A stretch of 64,000 nt of DNA from Lytechinus pictus (lineage: Eukaryota). The position numbers and the translations under genes are program-made. The notes below the pieces were generated by a model. The model searched no databases. It had not been told where the DNA came from and saw only the letters and a program-made list of their open reading frames with translations. The stretch is taken from positions 9,302,001 to 9,366,000 of the forward strand of contig NC_087250.1 in the NCBI RefSeq assembly GCF_037042905.1, read 5' to 3'. Below are positions 53,947 through 64,000 of the stretch, piece after piece (position 1 is the first letter of the stretch; every line of letters begins with the position of its first letter).

Positions 53947-56900
53947 TTAAATGAGCCATGCAATGCTGCCCTCGTTAATTGTAAAAAGTAATCTATTCAT
54001 ACACCATTTACGTAAAAAGGCATCAATATTAGAACATAATTTGTAATAAGTAAATTCATAGAGTATTCTGTTTTTGAGACGATGTAACCAAATAATAAGT
54101 GGATCGGTGAAATTTGAGGTACGGTACATAAAATAAATGGTACTTTTTAAACTAATAATAAGAAAATTAGCAAGGCGGATAACCTTTCCGTCACGCCCTC
54201 TGGCATGCGGAATGAGTGCCCAGTATAGGTCAAAATTAAGTTTGAGAGAGGGGAGGAGATTGTTCAACAGTCTATGAAGAAGATTGAGAGAAGGTTGGAT
54301 TCCTTTACATTCGATGAACAGATGTTGAATGGTTCCTAGTTCTCCGCACCATCCGCAAAAAGAAGAAATGTCTGTATTAAGATGATGGAGTATAGTGAGC
54401 GACGGTAAAATATTGTGAAGGAGTCTGTATTGAATATCAGCCTCTTTTTTAGGTGTTGGTAATTGATAGATAGATAGCCAGTTCACTTTTGTAGATGGAT
54501 CGAGAAATCCAGTATCATGCCAATGTGAGCTTGATAAGATTGTCGTATTATCTAGTTCTTTCCTGTAGATTCTGTAGATAGCTTTAGAAGAAGCAATAAG
54601 TCCATTTTCGTAAGAAGCCAGAGTGAAGTTGATCGGAGTAACTGGAGCAGACAATAGATCAGAGTATTTGTGTTGACAGCCTGAGTCATTAAAATATGTA
54701 GGGAAAACTTTAGAGAGTGCAGTTCGAATGAGTAATGTTTCACGTTCGATGAGACGCGATGATGGTTGTCGAAGTCCTCTTGGAAAGTTCTTTTGGAGAC
54801 AGCTACTCTCAATCCAATGACCAGTTGAGTGGTTTATCAAATGGCGAACTAGTTTCACTCCGCATGCCATCAGGCGCGTCGGAAAAAAATTATCAACATC
54901 AATTGCATCAATAATATGAAAACTATTTAAGGGCATGTTAATTGCATGGCTGAAAGAGAGGGATTGTGTCACAATTCGAGCTCCAGATGTCAACCAAGCT
55001 CGCAGAACTTCACTATAGTAAACTGGAAGACTTGTGTAAAACTTAGGATCAATTCTTGTAAAGAACAATTGGTAATCAAATCCTAATTTACAATACTGTC
55101 TCAAAAAATGAGCCATAAAGTCGTTTACTGGATGAGAATTTAAGGAAAGAAACCGTTGAATAATCGAAAATCTGTAAGTTAGAACACGAGCTTGGAGACA
55201 AGCTAGCCCCAGCCCTCCTTCGTCAGGTTTTTCATACAACACTTCTTTCTTTAACCAGTGCCGCTTATTTGACCAGATAAAATTCACAATTAAATTCTGA
55301 AGTTCGTTTAATACATTTTCAGGAGGAGAAAGAACTGCAAGAACATGAAATATTTTTGATGCAGCGAGCTGGTTTGCAATCAATACCTTGCCTTTAAATG
55401 AGAGTAAGTTCGATAAACGAGACCACGAAATGAAAGTCTTATTAAGTCTTTCTTTACATTTAATCCAGTTTTGTTTAGAATAATTAAACGTGTTCCCTAA
55501 ATGAACTCCTAAAAAGGGGAGACCTTCACTATTCCAAGAAAAGTTGAGGGGTTTATCATTCCGCCCTTTCCAACGGCCGACCCAAAGGCCTTGTGATTTT
55601 TTTGTATTTAAACATGCAGCAGAGGCCAGACTAAACATATTGTAAGTTTGTTCAACTAATTCAAAGCCAGCATCGGCTGTGACAAATATCGATACATCGT
55701 CTGCATATGCAGATACTACACAAGGTTTGTTAATAGCAGGGATATTTAATGCATGATTTGACACGTTCTCTCTTAGTGAGTTCAGGAGAGGCTCAATGGC
55801 GAGAGTATATAGCAACCCTGATAGAGGGCATCCCTGTCGTATTCCTTTCTCAAAGGGGAAAGGAGCCGTCAGGGATCCACACACTTTAATGAGGCTTTCA
55901 GCCCCTTCATACAAAATTCGTATATAGGATATAAAATGATTTCCAAAGCCCATGCGTTTCATAACATTGAATAAATAAACGTGATCTACATTATCAAATG
56001 CCTTTTTCTGGTCCAAGTTCAATACAGCCAAAGAAATATTATCAGTGTTTGCATAGAACAAAATATCTCTAATGAGATTAATGTTGTCATAAATAGAACG
56101 ACCGGGGATACAATAACTTTGGTCTCTTCCAATAACATGATCAATGCATGATTTTAGCCTACTGGCAAGCAGCCTAGCAAAAATTTTATAGTCTGTGTTG
56201 AGGAGGGAGACGGGACGCCAATTTGAAATATCAGCGAGGTCTCCTTTTTTGGGGAGTAAAGTAATGACCGCCCTCCTAAAGGAGTATGGTAAAAATCCAG
56301 ATTCAAGAGAGGAGGTAAGAACTTCGAGAAAATCATCTTTGAGCATGGGCCAAAAGACATGATAAAATTCAGAGGTAAGTCCATCGATACCAGGAGACTT
56401 ATTTTTACCTAGCTGCTTGACAGCATTATCAAGTTCTTCTACAGATATTGGATTCTCAAGGTCCTTTGATAAGGACGGATCAAGCGTTTTGATATTTACA
56501 AGTAAACTATTGATGGCGCTTTTGTCAGTTGGCTTTCGAGTGTAAAGAGATTCATAAAAATCCCGAACATGATTTTTTTATCTCAGAAGGGTTCTCCGAA
56601 ATACGTCCCGAAGCGAGCCGAATGCGGGATATACTTTTTGATAAGGAATTCGTTTTTTCTAAGTTGAAGAAAAAATTGGAGCATGAGTCTGTTTCATTTG
56701 TGTATTTAAAGCGAGACCTCACAAGAGCTCCGCGTGCTTCATTTTTCAGTAACGAGTTTAATGCATTTCTATGCTCGTCGAGAGTATATTTATCTTGTGG
56801 GCTAGATTCTTTTGCGCTCTGAAGTTTATCAATCTCCTTGTTAATTTCTATGAGAGCTTGCCTTTTCCTTTGTACTATTTTTTTACTATACATTTGAGTA

Positions 56901-57804
56901 ATTGATTTTATATGAACCTTTCCGAAATCCCACCAAGATGCAAGATTCGGGAAGTCATTTTTTTCTTTTTGCCAATCTGACCAAAAAGGACGAATAATAT
57001 CAATGTAACTTTCGTCTTCCAAAAGGGTGTTATTGAAAATCCAATATGCACTTTTTCCTTTAGCTCGTATTGGGAATTTCAAAGTAAGAGAAACTGCAGA
57101 GTGGTCAGATAAGGAACAAGGTATAATTTCACACGTATGAATAGAAGAAACTAGACACGATGGTACATAAAATCGATCTAATCTAGACTTTGAAAAGCCA
57201 TGTGCACTGGCTGGATTGTGCCGTTGCCAGGTAAATTTCTTTTCATTTGGATTTAGAAAACGCCATGCATCGCAAAGAGAAGATTTATTCAGAACATTTT
57301 GCAAAGCCGTAACAAGTTTAGGTCTGCGTTCTGTGAGCGTGCACAAACGATCAATAGCAGGATTTTCAGTGCAATTAAAATCACCCACAATCACAATATT
57401 ATCTTCGCAACAGGTGGAGATATGACAATTAAGGGCATTGATAGCTTTAATTGCCATTTCATCAGATTGAGGAATGAGTGTGTTGTATACATGATAAATA
57501 CAGTTATTATGGGAGAGCTTGTTATACAATATATAGCCATCAAAACAATAAAAGTAGATAAAATATCGACTTGAGAATTATTGACCAAAGTTGTCACTCC
57601 TGACCCTCGAGTAATGCCGGGTGAGCAAAAAGGTTTATGGGACCAGTTGCTCCAGCAAGGATTGCTATCTTTAAGGTGGTAAGTTTCCTGTAAAAATACA
57701 ACGAGCGGGTTGCATGCAATTTGCTCAACATAAACTCGGAAGGAGGCGTTTTGAGTTTGGGAGGAGCATCCTCCGGTGTTGAGGGTCAGCATTGACAGTG
57801 CCAT
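53947..57804 (-). pseudogene. Tx1 ORF2 (endonuclease plus reverse transcriptase, 1285 aa once repaired), two frameshifts in this assembly
   Basis: TLNTGG, FLQET, SGV, GDFN, SRLDRFY, SDH; KSPGIDGL, NWRPVSLLNTDYKI, LDQKKAFD, GIRQGCPLS, YADD; CGWC..H..C. A 1-nt deletion in the run at 57542-57545 and a 1-nt insertion in the T7 run at 56573-56579. Confidence 0.9.
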
Positions 57805-57858
57805 TATGGCTATAGCAACTTGAGCGTACGTAATGAATGAAGAGAAGGTAAAAAGGAA

Positions 57859-59403
57859 TTAGCTCTCCAGAGTGCTGATCAATTTGTATATCCTCTGCTG
57901 CATGTTACGTTTTACTAGGGGGCTGTTTTTCAGGGGCTTTAATTGTTTAACTAGCCCTGGAATATTTGATGTATATTTCCGTGCAATGTGGGCAGGCTTT
58001 TTCCGCCCTTTCACGTTTGATAGAAATTTCACAATTTGGCCTTGGGAGAGGGGGCCTTGAGTCAATGGGAGTGCATCTTCCTTCGGGATATCTTCATCCG
58101 TTTGGGCATCTTCCCAAGTCATGGAGTCAGTGTCTGTAGATGAATCTCCAACTGTGGAGGATGGGGTAGGAGGGATATTGGGGGTTTGGGAGTCAAGGAC
58201 TTGTGTTAGGGTTGGAGAGTCTACGGTTTCGGTTTGGGAGGAGGGAGCTTTCCTGGCCACTTTCCGAAGAGGAGAGGGGGCCTTCAGTGTAGTAAGAGTA
58301 GTATTGTTTTCGTTTGATTCGGGTGTTAGTTGCTTACGTTTTGAAACAACTTCAGAGAAGGTTCGGACAGGTGATGGGGGAGTTTTCCACACAGGCAAAG
58401 GGCACGCAGAAATAGATTTGGGGGGAGGGGACTTGGAGGACACGACTATGGGCGTGGTAGTTGAATTGCTGGACGGTTGAGCAGGTGATGTCAGAGGTAT
58501 GTGCAGTGGGGAGGATTGAGGCTTCCTAATGCGCGAGGGGGTGGCTGAGGTTGAAAGGGGCCCACGATCACGAGGTGGTAAACTAGGGAAGTCAGAGGAG
58601 GTGGGTACAGGTGGGGGCATTGTAGTTGCCGCCAAGGGGGGAGGTGATGGTGGCATGGGGTCCGAAACCGTAGTGAGAGGCGGGGAGGATCCGCGCTGGC
58701 GCACTCTCGTGTCATTTGAAACTGGGGCAGCGTTTGTCTTTGACTGATTAATATTTGTGCTTGTTTGAGGTTTCTTACAATTGCGGGAAATATGACCAAA
58801 TTCACCACAGTTAAAACATCTAACTGACTCAGTTGAAATAAATACACGATAGTTCATACCTGAAAACACGAAATTAATGTTATCTGGAAGTGTTGTGTTA
58901 GGTTTCACTAACACTTGAACGTGCCTTCTAAAACTCATAATATGGTTTAGACGCTTGTCTTTAAATCCTAGAGGTATTGGTTTGCAGTCGGACATAACTT
59001 TGCAAAAAGGTGCTAGATTTTCAGTCAAGACAGAATTCGGTAGTTCTGGGTATACATTAGATAAAATGACTCGAGTAGTGGGCCGTACAAGGGGGGTTAG
59101 TTCAAGAAAGGCCCCCTCATACTCAAGGCCTTGTTGTACAGCATTGATAACAGCTTCTTTGGATTTTAGGTACACAGCTATGCGACCATTAGAGATGCGA
59201 GAGGCAGATATTACGTCATTAGCGGGTATCGTTGTAGTAAAGACATTGATATAAGATTGTATCGTTACATTTTCAATAGCTTGAAAGCTTACACCATTGT
59301 GACGGGTGACATTTTTAAAATGTCCTACATTGTTTAACAAAGGGCCAGCTGCACTTGTGGTACGCTGGCCCTGTACACTACGTTGGTTTGCTTGACTGGC
59401 CAT
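57859..59403 (-). CDS. Tx1 ORF1: gag-like nucleic-acid-binding protein with CCHC zinc knuckle, 514 aa
   Basis: Intact ORF. TRHNG, SASRISN, LSNVYP and MSFRRHVQV blocks resemble Tx1 ORF1. CFNCGEFGHISRNC knuckle followed by a Pro/Ser/Thr-rich region. Confidence 0.92.
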   Translation of the reverse strand: MASQANQRSVQGQRTTSAAGPLLNNVGHFKNVTRHNGVSFQAIENVTIQSYINVFTTTIPANDVISASRISNGRIAVYLKSKEAVINAVQQGLEYEGAFLELTPLVRPTTRVILSNVYPELPNSVLTENLAPFCKVMSDCKPIPLGFKDKRLNHIMSFRRHVQVLVKPNTTLPDNINFVFSGMNYRVFISTESVRCFNCGEFGHISRNCKKPQTSTNINQSKTNAAPVSNDTRVRQRGSSPPLTTVSDPMPPSPPPLAATTMPPPVPTSSDFPSLPPRDRGPLSTSATPSRIRKPQSSPLHIPLTSPAQPSSNSTTTPIVVSSKSPPPKSISACPLPVWKTPPSPVRTFSEVVSKRKQLTPESNENNTTLTTLKAPSPLRKVARKAPSSQTETVDSPTLTQVLDSQTPNIPPTPSSTVGDSSTDTDSMTWEDAQTDEDIPKEDALPLTQGPLSQGQIVKFLSNVKGRKKPAHIARKYTSNIPGLVKQLKPLKNSPLVKRNMQQRIYKLISTLES

Positions 59404-59611
59404 GTACGAACCAGTCTAGAAACCTTACAAAAAATAACAGAAAATGTGTTAAAAAAACACTAAAACTGGTAAACCTGACGAAGGAGGATCGAGTCTATAT
59501 TAATCTATAACCCAACACAATTTTAATGGTACAAAATCAAGGACCAAATGGTCATATAAATCAGTGAAAAACCAGAAAAACCGGAGCTCGAAAAAAACAC
59601 AACTACCTCAT

Positions 59612-59753
59612 GAAAGAAAGAAAGAAAGAAAAAAAGAAAGAAAGAAAGAAAAGAATAAAGAAAGGAAGAAAGAAAGAAAGGAATGAAGAAAGGGAGAAAG
59701 GAAGGAAGAAAGAAAGAAAGAAGGAAAGAAAGAAAGAGAGAATGAGAGAGAGA
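59612..59753. repeat. Degenerate (GAAA)n / (GA)n tract at the 5' end of the Tx1 element
   Basis: Visible purine-rich tandem repeat. Confidence 0.92.
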
Positions 59754-60280
59754 GTTTGTGTGTTTATACATGTATAATAAGTGCTGTAAGCTTTATCTGT
59801 TATTTGAGCGCCATTTTCGATGGTTATGGTACGTCTTGTCGCTATTACGATTATATTTTGTCTATGTTTTGTCTTGTTTATTCAAATGATTATAATTAAA
59901 AAAGAAAATATTCCTCCCTAATCATGTCCATGGACCGTCAAAACTACATCCCAAATGTATTTCTAAATACAATTTCTTCCAATTTGCCCTCAAAATATAT
60001 GGAGTTGGAGAAATGAGATTTTAAGAGCCCTGCGACGAAAGAAATTGTCATTTTGTACCATTGTTTTATTTATTCTTATTTTTTGCCAAATATATAATAG
60101 TTAAATATCATATTAGTCTTGTTTTAAAATAGAATAGATTTAGTGAGTACGTGACATCTATTTCCGCCACCCTTTTCTACATTCTTTCCTCTCTCATGAC
60201 GCTTTCAGTATGGTCGATCTACTCCAACAGCCACACCTATACCAAATAACTCAAATGTGCAATTATATTTTTTTTAATCT

Positions 60281-60546
60281 GAGCCCCGTCTTACACAGAG
60301 TTACGATTGATCCAATCAATCGTATCTCTATATGGAAATCCATCAGTGTCATATTTTTTTCTATAGGAAATTTACAAAATATCCATTGTAAACAAAGTGA
60401 ACACCCCAAACTGTCAAAATCAATGAATTTATGGATTATACATTCATATCTAGAAAAAAATGAACAAACATGTATAATTTGACTTTGCTGGCTTTCCATA
60501 GTTGCGATTGGTCGGATCAATCGCAACCTCTTTGCAAGACGGGCCC
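60281..60546. mobile_element. MITE
   Basis: gagccccgtcttacacagagttacgattgatcc / ggatcaatcgcaacctctttgcaagacgggccc. Confidence 0.78.
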
Positions 60547-60591
60547 CTCGATTAAGTTATTCCGTCACCTGATTTATGTATATAAGTGCTG

Positions 60592-60800
60592 TCCGGAATC
60601 TATATATGTCCACACCAGAGAAGTATTGAAACAACACCAGTTTGAAATCAAACCGATGCTGTGTTTATACTTATTGGTGTTGCATAAACACCTATCTGGT
60701 GTTAGACTAATACCAAAGCTGGTGTTGTTTAACACTTCTCTGGTGTGGACATATATAGATTCCGGGCTGGTGTTAAATCAACACCGGAGTTTTTGCAGTG
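60592..60800. mobile_element. CACTA-like palindromic MITE, left end missing
   Basis: Ends TTTTTGCAGTG. Colinear with 3637-3840. Confidence 0.78.
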
Positions 60801-61051
60801 TAATTACTATAATTGTTTCTAGGGGGCCGGGTTACGTGAATCAAACGTCAATATGAAATAAATGAAATGAGAGAGGGGTGACAGATTAAAACGGAAACGA
60901 GCACACATTATGATATTTGTTTTTATGAAGTTCGAAAGGGGTATACGAACCTTCCCTTTTGTCTTCCGAGCATGGGGAGTGGGGGGGGGGGTAAATATCT
61001 CAGTGAACCTTTTGTCAATATCAAGTAATTTACAACGTATATATTATTTAA

Positions 61052-61392
61052 AGGGGCGGTTCATCCTAAAGAAAAGTTTGTTCTAAAAAATCGCAGAAAA
61101 GTAAAATAAAAATATTGTCGAAGGTTTGAGGAAAATCCATTAAAGATTAAGAAAGTTAAGTTTTAAATTTTTGACGTCGTAAACGAGCAATGCATAAATT
61201 ATATTTTTTAAGGTTCGTGATTACTTATTTTTGTTTTCTCTTTAGGAACGGGTGTGAAGTAGTTTACAATTCTAATAAGTTGTTTTTTATTCTTTTGATG
61301 GATTTTCCTTAAACCTTTGGCGATATTTTTATTTTTATTTGTTTGCTATTTATACAATAAACTTTTTGTCAGGGAACTTTTGAACTTCCCCT
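61052..61392. mobile_element. Kolobok-like MITE family 2, internally deleted
   Basis: TTAA flanks at 61048-61051 and 61393-61396. aggggcggttca / tgaacttcccct. Confidence 0.8.
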
Positions 61393-62484
61393 TTAAAGCT
61401 TCCCCATGCAGTAGCCGCCTTTGTCACAGATGTGTGTTTGCTTATAGATGTTAGAGATATAACTTTGTATGTGTGCAATATCTCCACGATTCTATATTGA
61501 CACATATCTGCATGTTGGCTGGTGAACGTATTGTGAACTACCAACGCGTGGTCATACAATGCCAGGCTCGAACTGAGCGACAATACAAAAAAGGAACATC
61601 GAACTCAAAAATAATACCATAATTGCATGTTTTATGTAACCGGTGTATTAAGCTCGATGAGATTTCAGGGGCTTTATATCAGATCCTCGGATAGTAAGGA
61701 GGCAATACTCTGAGGGGTGATCGTGATGGTCCATGGGGCAAATATCTATATGAAAAACAACAAAAACACGAGAGCCCCCCCCAAAAAAAAAAAAAAAAAA
61801 AAAAAAAAAGACCTCTTTAATACAAAAATCTAATTTTGCGATAGATTTGTACCTAATACTCATAAAACGATAGTCGTATTTCCCTAATCATGCTAAATGA
61901 CCAGATATGAAACCAAAATCAACAAATTTCAAAATCATTTTTCCGTCATCACCAATGCCGTCCGAATATTTATTATTTCCGTCGAAATTTGATGACTGTT
62001 ATCTCAAAATGGTAACACTGCGGTGAACGCCTTCCCATTTAGGACTTTTAGAAAATAGGAAAAGGAAACAATTAAACAAGAAAGGCTGGCCTTGAAATTG
62101 AATCATTTATACGATGGTGTCAGGATAAATGGGGAACGTGATACAATATGATTACCTATACCTAATTCCATTTTATAAATTGCAAACAAACTAATTAATT
62201 TCAAGTTATATTACTTGTATGCTATATAGAATATCACTCTCAACGGCCGAAAGTCCAACAGGTTAAGACGAAAATGTATTTTCGTTGGCTCCGATTCTGC
62301 TACTTCACTACGTTATTACTACCATTTCCAGTTCTTTGTATATTAGTCAGCGAATTAATCATCAATCCGAAAAGGCCCATGATGAAATTTATCAATGTAA
62401 CGAAGCACATGGAAAAAAAAGTACACGAATACGGGAAGAGGGTTGTGGACCTAAATGTCCAGCAAAAAAAATTAAGGGAATCAA

Positions 62485-62547
<63 letters not shown>

Positions 62548-62959
62548 CAGTCCTCTAAACCATGTTTTAATGAAAAACTGAGAATATAAAATCATTACGA
62601 TTCAAAACTAAATCACAATCGATCTCTACGAACTCCAGACAATTTCTGCTTGATCATTCATCGGGCATTCACGCGTGCCGCCATACAATGAATTCAGAAG
62701 ATTATTTGCTGAACAATAACAATGTGGATTTCGCAAATAACGGACAGGTTGGGGGAAACCATACAATATACTTGCCTTATATTTATGAAAATCAAACTTC
62801 CTCTTATAGTGCTGTTGCGTGAGCGCTTACAGCGTGCAGCGTATCCTCATTATAAAACACGGAAATTTCTTATACATATTTGAATGTATATTACCGCTTT
62901 GCTCTTTATTCGTTGTGTGTTGAGTTGATTGGGAAATCGCTTAATGACTTATTTCGGAT

Positions 62960-63860
62960 TATGACCTGTTCACACTGCGATATGTTTACAACGTCATTGA
63001 GAGCCGGGGCAGGAATCATTGCTAACATCTGAATGATCTCCGTACCATGTGATCCGGTACGTTAACAACAGTGCATATTACTTTATATTGACCCCTCTTG
63101 ATCAACTTGATTCTCCATCAATGGTTACATCCTTGGGAAACACTGGAAATGCATAACAAAGCAAACTAATCAAAAGATAAAACGGATCAAGACTTGAGTA
63201 CTCTGATATATGTCATAACTTCGTGTGTTCTGGCCTGGAATCGTTGCTCTATACCATATTGGCACCGTTGTCATTTGGTACTTTGACAAAGACAGTGCAT
63301 AATGTATATTGACTCATTTTGCTTAACTTGAATGCTTATCAATCGGCGTTTTGACAAAGACAGTGTATATTACTTCATATTGACTCATCCCGCTCCACTT
63401 GATTCAAGTGCGAACGGTCGATGACGGTACTTTGGCAAAGATATTACTTTATATTAACTCAATCTTGCTTAACTTGATGTATGATCAATCGATGTCGGGC
63501 TGGGGGAATTTCAGAATAGCATAAAACAAGCAAACTAATCTATTGATAATTTGGCTACTTGACTGCAACTTAAGTTCTGCGACATGTTCATGACATGGCA
63601 TCGTATGACCATGCCTGGAATCATTGCTCTACCAGAACGATATCTTCTCTGACCCTCCCATTTGGCAGTTACACAGAACATATCACTTTATATTGACCAG
63701 TCTTGCAAAACCCATGGTTAATCAATGACGGTACTTTGGTAAAGACCGTGCGTAGTACTTTATATTGACTCGTCCTACTCAATTTAATTCATGATCAAGC
63801 GATCAGGCAATGCATATTTAACAGGCAGGCTAATCAATGTAGGAAAATAACACGGCTAGG
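62960..63860. repeat. Complex diverged tandem array with long and short units
   Basis: Core (cagtgca)tattactttatattgactc at ~63069, 63293, 63361, 63443, 63679 and 63746. ggaatcattgct at ~63012, 63237 and 63617. Confidence 0.75.
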
Positions 63861-64000
63861 CCTATCTACGATCCTATTGGCTGAACGGATTGCACCGGTT
63901 TACTTTTCCTGAACTTTTCTGGAGCTACAAATTCGAAAGTGATGAAACACATCGCAAGCACCGAATTATCACCTAATCACAATTAGAAGAGAGCAAGAAG

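Noticed and set aside
57872..59254. Plus-strand ORFs antisense to Tx1 ORF1
   Set aside because: Shadow frames of a GC-richer coding region with no recognisable motifs.
62688..62822. Short Asn-rich ORF MNSEDYLLNNNN...
   Set aside because: About 44 codons with no homology or clear splice partner in the window.

Overview
AT-rich, repeat-dense eukaryotic (animal) genomic DNA. The repeat types suggest a marine invertebrate such as a sea urchin, which is inference only. Three main contents. (1) A cluster of three small, spliced four-transmembrane genes of the MS4A/CD20-like type, which the ORF track catches only in fragments. I rebuilt them exon by exon from GT-AG sites: gene A on the minus strand (20743->9032), gene B on the plus strand (32692->38211) and gene C on the plus strand (42876->50114). 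They share phase-0 core exons of 168-171, 57, 129-132 and 126-129 nt. (2) A full-length 5.8 kb Tx1-clade non-LTR retrotransposon (53812-59611, minus) sitting inside a (TTTC)n microsatellite; its ORF2 is broken only by two compensating homopolymer indels. (3) A truncated CR1/L2-type LINE at the left edge, more than 20 non-autonomous DNA transposons (hAT-, Harbinger-, Kolobok- and CACTA-like, many with readable TIRs and TSDs), tRNA-derived SINEs, microsatellites and minisatellites. Exon-fragment duplications occur inside genes A and C.
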